A stretch of 52,489 nucleotides of DNA from a virus (Duplodnaviria; Caudoviricetes): positions 1 through 52,489 of the IMG/VR virus record IMGVR_UViG_3300018466_000002; one strand, written 5' to 3'. Shown one piece after another: positions 46,217 through 52,489 of the stretch (position 1 is its first letter; every line of letters begins with the position of its first letter). The notes beneath the pieces are model-generated. The model was given only the letters and a program-made list of their open reading frames with translations. It had not been told where the DNA came from and did not search any database. The position numbers and the translations under genes are program-made.

Positions 46217-46918
46217 GTGACCATCCCCGTAACCTTCTCGGCACCGCCTGACGAAACGTTCCCTGAGCTCAACGGGTACGTGCCGTCACTTGAGGACTCC
46301 ATCCGCAAGGGCGTGTGGCTCATGCTCCGAGCGGATGACGTGAACAGGAAGGCGCACAGCAACGATCCGGAAGATGCGGCGGCGGGCGTGAACATCTATC
46401 AGGGGCGGCCCGCCTACGATCCCGACCGCCTCTCCATCAAGCGTCTCCCGTGTCAGGTCGTGGACATCGCGCCGGCAGGAAGCGACTTCCGGTATCTGAC
46501 CGCGAACGCGGGCGAGCGGATCATCATCGTCGGCGTCTCCTTGCTCAACGCTGCAAGCACCGCCCTGCTCCCCGAGGATGCATCGGTGACGACGGAGGCC
46601 ATGCTGTCCAGAGTGCGATCTATCCTGATGCGTGGCACGTTGTGGAAGTCGGACATGTCGACGAACAAAGGACGGGTGATTGATCCCTTCTTTGCGCCGC
46701 GCAACGAGGACGGCACGTACGCCGCTCCGCCGCCTTCCGCATACCTGAACATGGAGGGGCCGGACATCAGGCCATCGTCCCCGCGCTACATTCAGAATCG
46801 CTACGTGCGAACGGCGAAGGAGGCGGAGGATCTGCACCCCGTCCGCGATTTCGCTGTATCCTTCGGTTGGCGCGCGGCTTACAGGATCATCGTCGGAGAC
46901 CGCGACACGCCACGTTAA
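46217..46918 (+). CDS. Putative tail terminator/completion protein
   Basis: Position between gpG-like and tail tube genes; RLPC.VV pattern. Confidence 0.5.
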   Translation: MTIPVTFSAPPDETFPELNGYVPSLEDSIRKGVWLMLRADDVNRKAHSNDPEDAAAGVNIYQGRPAYDPDRLSIKRLPCQVVDIAPAGSDFRYLTANAGERIIIVGVSLLNAASTALLPEDASVTTEAMLSRVRSILMRGTLWKSDMSTNKGRVIDPFFAPRNEDGTYAAPPPSAYLNMEGPDIRPSSPRYIQNRYVRTAKEAEDLHPVRDFAVSFGWRAAYRIIVGDRDTPR

Positions 46919-46930
46919 GCAAGGAGCGAC

Positions 46931-47239
46931 ATGGACCCTTTCACTTACGAGCGAGTCAAAGAGCACACCGGCAAGGTGCAGTTTCGCGTGAACGGGCCAT
47001 CGGCGGGGAGCGTCGCCGGGCGCCGCGTTGTCCGCGGTGAAGTGCTGGCCTTCGCGAAGCCGGAGATGACGAGCGGACTTGTCGCTACTGGCAACTTCGC
47101 CCACGTGCCGGCCGATACGCCGATCGGTCCGCCCGCAGCGACCGAGCCGCCGGAACCCGGTTCGGTAGTCCTGCCCGCGCCGCCCGCACCCGGTCCCGAT
47201 GACGGGATCACGCCGCTCTTCAGCGACGAGGAGGTCTGA
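46931..47239 (+). CDS. Small Pro-rich tail-region protein
   Basis: SD AAGGAG; directly before the tail tube gene. Confidence 0.6.
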   Translation: MDPFTYERVKEHTGKVQFRVNGPSAGSVAGRRVVRGEVLAFAKPEMTSGLVATGNFAHVPADTPIGPPAATEPPEPGSVVLPAPPAPGPDDGITPLFSDEEV

Positions 47240-47242
47240 GTC

Positions 47243-48778
47243 ATGTCCGGACGCAACGGAATCTTCGGGTACGGTCTGGAGCGCAGCAAGGGCGTTCCCG
47301 ATCGCACCACAGTCTTCCCCGCCTTCGATTCCGAGTCGCTGAAGATGGAGCGGCCGGAAGAGACGAACCCGAATATCGATCCGGGTGGTTCTGAGACGAA
47401 GGGCGAGAAGCTGCGGGCGACCGGCTCCGGCTCGGTCAGTGGCGCGGCAGACTCCGAGTCGTGGCTGACGATGCGCGCTCACCATCACGGCTACTACGAG
47501 GTGACCGAGGTCGTTGAGGACGAGGTCTACCTGTGGGAGATGCGCACGTACGACTCTTCCACAGATACGCCCGTCGATCACTATCTGGATTCGATCTGGT
47601 TCCGCATCTGGCGCGATGAGCAGACGCGCCCCGGCGAGTACACCGGCGAGTTCGCGAAGGTCTCGGACTTCGAACTGAGCGTGGACGCGCACAAGTTCGT
47701 GATGTTCAAGCACGACATGCTGTTCCTGCGCGACACGCGCATGGGCAAGCCCGTGGAAGTCGCGGTGAACGCGGCGTACACGGGCGACTGGGAGCGGCGC
47801 GGCCATCGGCGGAAGGGCGACCAGTACGGCGCCGACATCTACTACGAGGTGTCCACGGCCGGTGCTCTCGGCGTGGCGAAGCTCCAGTGGGGCGCGCGGA
47901 CGCAGGTCACGCTCACCAGCGTCGGCACCACCGCCACCGCTACTTCCACCGTCCCGCACGATCTCGCGACCGGCGATCTCGTGACCATCACGGGCGCCGA
48001 TCCCGCCGGCTACAACGTCGTCGACACCGCCGTGACGGTGACGGGTCCGCTCACCTTCACCTACACCATAGTCAGCGTGTCCGGCGCCCCCGGAACAGGC
48101 ACCATCATCGCCACCGTCCTCGGCACTGTCGAACACCTGATCGCCGACGACTGGATGACCGTCCTGCGTCCGAACGGTCAGCGCAAAGGCACGCGCCGCG
48201 AGCCCGTGCAGATTCGACCCGTCATGCAGGCGGGCGACGTGTTCACCCTCGGCGACGGCTGGCGCGTGCCTGCGCTCGCCCCGCGTCCCGTTCCCGTCAC
48301 CACCGACCGTCAGCGCCTCTCCGGCTCCGATCTGGAGCTGACCATCGAAATCGACGGCGTCCCGAAGACGGAGTTGATCGCGACTTCGTTCTCGCTGAAG
48401 TTCGGGCGCCCGCGCGAGGCGAAAGAAGGACTCGGTTCCAAGTACCTGCAGGACATCGGCGAGCCGAACGAGTCCCGCCTGTGGTGGGAGATCACGTTCC
48501 CCCGCACCTACGTGGACGCCGACTTCGAACAGGCCCTCATCTCCGAGACCCCGGCGAGCGCGCACCTGATCCTCTACGGCACGCCCATCGGCGACACGGG
48601 CGAGGAGGATTTCGCCGAGTTCACGCTGCCGAACATGAGTTTCACGACCGCGGGCACCACGATCACGAGCGCGGGCGATCTCGTCGAGACGATCACGATG
48701 CGCGCCTTCTCAATCGACGGAAGCCCGCTCTGCACGGAGCGCTACCAAAACACGGTTGCATCCATCGAACCGACGTAG
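47243..48778 (+). CDS. Major tail (tube) protein with inserted beta domain
   Basis: GYGLE..G, F.SESL, GSGSV, SFSLKF, FTLPN patterns; insert PHDLATGDLVTITGADPAGYN. Confidence 0.7.
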   Translation: MSGRNGIFGYGLERSKGVPDRTTVFPAFDSESLKMERPEETNPNIDPGGSETKGEKLRATGSGSVSGAADSESWLTMRAHHHGYYEVTEVVEDEVYLWEMRTYDSSTDTPVDHYLDSIWFRIWRDEQTRPGEYTGEFAKVSDFELSVDAHKFVMFKHDMLFLRDTRMGKPVEVAVNAAYTGDWERRGHRRKGDQYGADIYYEVSTAGALGVAKLQWGARTQVTLTSVGTTATATSTVPHDLATGDLVTITGADPAGYNVVDTAVTVTGPLTFTYTIVSVSGAPGTGTIIATVLGTVEHLIADDWMTVLRPNGQRKGTRREPVQIRPVMQAGDVFTLGDGWRVPALAPRPVPVTTDRQRLSGSDLELTIEIDGVPKTELIATSFSLKFGRPREAKEGLGSKYLQDIGEPNESRLWWEITFPRTYVDADFEQALISETPASAHLILYGTPIGDTGEEDFAEFTLPNMSFTTAGTTITSAGDLVETITMRAFSIDGSPLCTERYQNTVASIEPT

Positions 48779-48816
48779 TACCGTTCTCTCGCCTAGCCGT
48801 CTTCCTCTCCATCACG

Positions 48817-48850
48817 CAACGGCCCGCCGACTCGACCCGGCGGGCCGTTG
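48817..48850 (+). terminator. 13-bp hairpin after the tail tube gene (probable terminator)
   Basis: CAACGGCCCGCCG-loop-CGGCGGGCCGTTG; weak U tract. Confidence 0.55.
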
Positions 48851-48875
48851 TCGTCTGTGTTACAATGCGTTGCAC

Positions 48876-49220
48876 ATGAGCACACGCACACTCACCTACC
48901 TCGCCGTCCCCTACTCGCATGCCGATCCCGCGATCCGCGCAGCGAGGTTCAAGGCCGCGAACGCTGCGGCCGGTCTCTTGATGCAGGGCGGGGCTATCGT
49001 CTTCTCTCCCATCTCGCACACGCACCCGATCGCCGAAGAATGCGACCTCCCGAAAGGGTGGGAGTTCTGGCACGCGTTCGACCGCGCGTATCTGGCCTGC
49101 TCCAAGCGCGTTGTCGTCTTGTGCATCGAAGGTTGGCGCGAGAGCGTGGGTGTGAGTGCGGAAATCAAGATTGCCGAGGAGATGGGGGTGCCCGTCGAGT
49201 TCATGAGTGCGAACCCGTGA
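48876..49220 (+). CDS. DUF1937 / deoxyribosyltransferase-like protein
   Basis: YLAVPYSH.DP..R..RF..VFSPISHTHPI..FW..D..GWRESVGV.AEI; element at 48857. Confidence 0.8.
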   Translation: MSTRTLTYLAVPYSHADPAIRAARFKAANAAAGLLMQGGAIVFSPISHTHPIAEECDLPKGWEFWHAFDRAYLACSKRVVVLCIEGWRESVGVSAEIKIAEEMGVPVEFMSANP

Positions 49221-49709
49221 CGCACGATCCTCAGCCGTTCCTGTTCGCAGACTGCGAGCGCTCTCGCGCGTGGTTCCGCGCCATGGGCGTGCACTTCTCA
49301 AGCGCCACCGACGAATGGGCGACTCCTGCCGATGTCTTCGCGGCACTGCATGCGGAGTTTGGCTTCACGTTGGACGCCTGCGCGTCGGCGAAGAACGCGA
49401 AGTGCGAGCGCTTCTTCACGGCCGAGGACAACGGTCTAGCGCAGGAGTGGACAGGCCGCGTGTGGTGCAACCCGCCCTACGGCCGCGACATCACCGGCCG
49501 ATGGGTCGCGAAGGGATTCGCGAGCGCGAGCGCTTCCGCTGAGATGGTGGTGATGCTCATTCCTTCACGCACAGACGTGGCGTGGTGGCATGACTACGTG
49601 ATGAAAGCGCAGGAAGTCCGGTTCATTCGGGGCCGGTTGCGCTTCGGATCCGCTACGTCGGGCGCTCCCGTTCCCGAGCGCGATCGTCGTGTTCCGCGCC
49701 AACCCGTAG
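49217..49709 (+). pseudogene. Phage DNA N6-adenine methyltransferase with +1 frameshift near the C-terminus
   Basis: DEWATP..FTLDACAS..VWCNPPYG..MLIPSRTD..RFIRGRLRF; APFPSAIVVF is restored by removing one base at 49667-49670. Confidence 0.8.
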
Positions 49710-49737
49710 CGCACCCCTCCCGCGCTACACTGCCCCC

Positions 49738-52489
49738 GTGGCAGACCGGCAGGCCGTCCTCGAAATCCTCACTCGCCTCGTCGGCATGGACAAAGCCGCC
49801 GAGATCGCGGCCAAGTTCAACCTTGAACTGAAGGAGGGCGGGGAGGAGGCGGCGAAGATGGCCGCTTCCGTCAACACGGCTGCCGTCGCTACCGAAAAGC
49901 TGGACACGGCGCAGGGGCAGGCTGCCGGATCAGCGGCCAAGGAAGCGGGGGCGCTGGAGGGGGTTGCGGTTGCGGCTGCCGATGCGGGCGCGCAGGGCGC
50001 TCAGGCGGGCGCCAAGACGGAGGCCGCGCTGGAGGGTGCAGCGGCAGCGGCACGGGAAGAAAACGCCGCCTTGGCGATTCTGGGGCCTACTGCAGCCCAA
50101 TCTGGCGCGCAGGCAGCGGGCGCAGTCGAACGGCTGACCGCTGCCGAGCAGGAAGCGGCCACCCGCGCCAAGCAACTTCGGGACGATATCGCCCGGATCG
50201 GGACCGATGCGAAGCTGAGCGGGGACCGGTGGGCGGCGGCGTTCGACGCGGCCAGCGCGGCCACCCGCAACTCTGGCCTGTCGCTGGAGGTCCAACGCAC
50301 CGCCCTGACGGCAATTCTTACCGAAGCGCAAGACGTGACAAGCGCTTTCATCAAACAGGGTGCCGAGGGGACGGAGGGGGCAAACGCCACCGGCAAGGCG
50401 CTGCTGACCGTGAAGGCCCGAATCGCCGACGTGAACGGGGAGATCTCCGAGGAGATCAACCGACTGCGCGCGGCCGGAGCGGCCGGCACGGACGCGTTCA
50501 ACGAGACAGGCGCTGCGGCCAGCCGCTTCGAAGTGATCGCCGCAGGCGCCAACGCCCGCGTGATCGCGTCGCAGAAGACGCTGAACGAGGAGTTTCGCAT
50601 CACTCCTCGCCAACTCGGGATGACCGGGCAGGCGGTGGAGCTGCTGAAGATCGAACTCCTCGACATGGCGGACCGAGGCGTCGCGGCCACAACCGAGCAG
50701 ATCGCCGTCGTGAACCGGCTCGAATCCGAGTACCTGCAGCTCACAGCAACCGCGAACAAGTTGACGAACGCTGTGAAGGACAACGCGGTACGGCTGAAGG
50801 AGACCGGAACCCAAGTGCAGGGCGTGGCGTCCGGATTCCAGCAACTACTCTCCATCTTCGGGCCTGCCGGCGCACGGATCGGCATGCTCGTCGGGAACCT
50901 CGGCCAGGCGGCCGGCGCGGCGGAGAACCTGAAAGACGCCGTTGCGGGGATGGACCTGAACAAGCTCGGAGGAAACGCGGGCAAGGCGGGCGTGCAGGTC
51001 GCGGCCGTCGCCGCAGCGTTCACCGCTGGCGCATACGCGGGCAGCAAGTTCTCGATGCAGAACAAAGAGAACGCCGACGCGCTGGACGTGTTCGAACGCT
51101 CGGCGCGAAATCTGATCGCGGTCCCCGTCGCCGACTACATTGACGGCGCCAACCTCTCGCTGCAACGCTGGTTCGCGGATCCCTCCCTCGAAGGTCTGCT
51201 CAAGTTCATGAGCGGGTACCAACTGCTCGCGCAGGACACGGGCACCGCGACGCGGTTGCAGAGCGCAGCCATCCGCGATGGATTGCCGGCGTTGCAGGCG
51301 CAGGAGATCGCGGCGAAGGCTGGCGCCGAGGGCTGGGCCTTCTACGAGCAGAGCATCAAAGGCGGCGCGGCCGGGCACGAGTTGTGGGCGCGCGCCCTGC
51401 GCGAGTCGGAAGGCGACGCGGACCGTTTCCTGGAATTCGTACGCGCGCATGCGAAGGAGATGGAAGAGGCCACGCGCCTGCAGGGCGTCGCAACAGAGGC
51501 GCGCAAGAAGGAGACGGCAGCGACTCTCGACCTTGCCGCCGCCCTCTCCGATCTGAACAACACGCTGCCGCAGGGGAAGGGCAACGCCGAAGTTCTGAAC
51601 GCGCTCGCGGACGCCATCGAAAAGGCTGCAGGTGACGTGAAGAATCTCACGCAAGCCGAGCGCGAACGCCTCGCCACGATCACGGAACTGATCCGCAAGG
51701 GCAATGACCTCACCGAGACGGAGCGGCGCAAGGCTCAAGCGCTGCTCGATTCGGCGCGGGCCAGCAAAGAGGCGGGCGTCTCCACTAAGGCGCTCGCCGA
51801 CGCACAGGCCGAATACAACCGCGTCCAGTCGCAGGGCCGCGATGTCATCACGTCCAACGCGGTAGCCGTGGCGCAGGCCATTTCCGATCTTGAGAAGTTT
51901 GAGATCGCGAACGACGGCACCACGTCCTCGATCACGCGACTCGTTACTGAGCTGGGAAAGTACATCGCGCTCGGCCCAGCCTACAGCTCGGAGACCGGGG
52001 TTCTTGCATCCGCACTGGAGTCCGTACTGGACAAGACGACGCGGCTTGAGCCGGCGCAACGCGCGAACATCGAGGCGTACCGGGAACTTGCGGCGAGGTC
52101 GGGCGAGCTGACCATCGCGGAGAAGGCATACGCCGAGGAACTCGCCCGCACAATCGTGAACGGTAACAAGCACCGCGTCATGATTCAGGAACGCGCGGCG
52201 GCAGAGTCCCAACTCGCCGCCACCCTCGCTGCCATCGCCGAACAGGAACGCCAATCGAACGTGGAGCGCGAGGCCACCGCGAACAGCCTCCGCACGGAGA
52301 TCGAACTGATTCGCGAGGCACGCGAGGAGATCGAGCGCAGGACCGGCGCGACAGAGGATCAGACGCAGGCGAACAAGTATCAGGGGGCGAGCGCGGACTA
52401 CCTGCGCATGAGGGAAGAACAGTTGCAGCGTGAGTTGGAAAACAGCCTCACGTCATGGTCCGCCAACTCCGACGCGAAACGCCGCGACG
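49738..52489 (+). CDS. Tail tape measure protein, N-terminal part (not in the ORF track: no stop before window end)
   Basis: TACACT-N6-GTG start; long Ala/Glu-rich helical open frame to the end; ~1051 aa when joined to 1-409. Confidence 0.8.
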   Translation, partial: MADRQAVLEILTRLVGMDKAAEIAAKFNLELKEGGEEAAKMAASVNTAAVATEKLDTAQGQAAGSAAKEAGALEGVAVAAADAGAQGAQAGAKTEAALEGAAAAAREENAALAILGPTAAQSGAQAAGAVERLTAAEQEAATRAKQLRDDIARIGTDAKLSGDRWAAAFDAASAATRNSGLSLEVQRTALTAILTEAQDVTSAFIKQGAEGTEGANATGKALLTVKARIADVNGEISEEINRLRAAGAAGTDAFNETGAAASRFEVIAAGANARVIASQKTLNEEFRITPRQLGMTGQAVELLKIELLDMADRGVAATTEQIAVVNRLESEYLQLTATANKLTNAVKDNAVRLKETGTQVQGVASGFQQLLSIFGPAGARIGMLVGNLGQAAGAAENLKDAVAGMDLNKLGGNAGKAGVQVAAVAAAFTAGAYAGSKFSMQNKENADALDVFERSARNLIAVPVADYIDGANLSLQRWFADPSLEGLLKFMSGYQLLAQDTGTATRLQSAAIRDGLPALQAQEIAAKAGAEGWAFYEQSIKGGAAGHELWARALRESEGDADRFLEFVRAHAKEMEEATRLQGVATEARKKETAATLDLAAALSDLNNTLPQGKGNAEVLNALADAIEKAAGDVKNLTQAERERLATITELIRKGNDLTETERRKAQALLDSARASKEAGVSTKALADAQAEYNRVQSQGRDVITSNAVAVAQAISDLEKFEIANDGTTSSITRLVTELGKYIALGPAYSSETGVLASALESVLDKTTRLEPAQRANIEAYRELAARSGELTIAEKAYAEELARTIVNGNKHRVMIQERAAAESQLAATLAAIAEQERQSNVEREATANSLRTEIELIREAREEIERRTGATEDQTQANKYQGASADYLRMREEQLQRELENSLTSWSANSDAKRRD

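Noticed and set aside
1546-48878. Repeated element as CRISPR repeats, integron attC sites or a LexA/CRP box
   Set aside because: Copies are dispersed and degenerate; no cas or integrase gene, no attC hairpins; spacing does not match SOS or CRP boxes I know
48848-49831. 327-aa ORF as a long methyltransferase
   Set aside because: Its N-terminus overlaps the DUF1937 gene in another frame and its C-terminus results from the frameshift

Overview
The window looks like one complete, GC-rich, circularly permuted tailed-phage genome. Its ends share a 5-nt overlap (CGACG), and collapsing it rejoins the tape-measure ORF in frame (~52,484 bp). It has a Mu-like head module (portal, MuF, protease/scaffold, capsid, gp36/gpG-like proteins), a siphovirus-type tail, a lambdoid recombination/replication module (ERF, YqaJ, RusA, initiator with iterons, DnaC-like loader), terminase, lysis genes and an XRE regulator. 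I found no integrase or transposase. The most unusual feature is the regulatory layout. Many structural genes are separated from the next one by small accessory genes, and about 20 accessory units start at the same ~18-bp element (TG-N-TACNNT-N7-ATG). This element reads as an extended -10 promoter, mostly for leaderless mRNAs. It also carries two GYNRC-like boxes 10 bp apart, the geometry of the six iterons inside the replication-initiator gene. Structural genes use a second, box-free leaderless promoter type. Other highlights: a ~1-kb highly structured non-coding locus with permuted tRNA-like parts and rrn-like boxA/processing-stem signals, a catalytically dead stand-alone LexA/S24 domain, a tail-fibre-like protein with a signal peptide, a 6S-like fold, and several broken accessory genes. 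All family assignments come from motifs recognised by eye, not from database searches.
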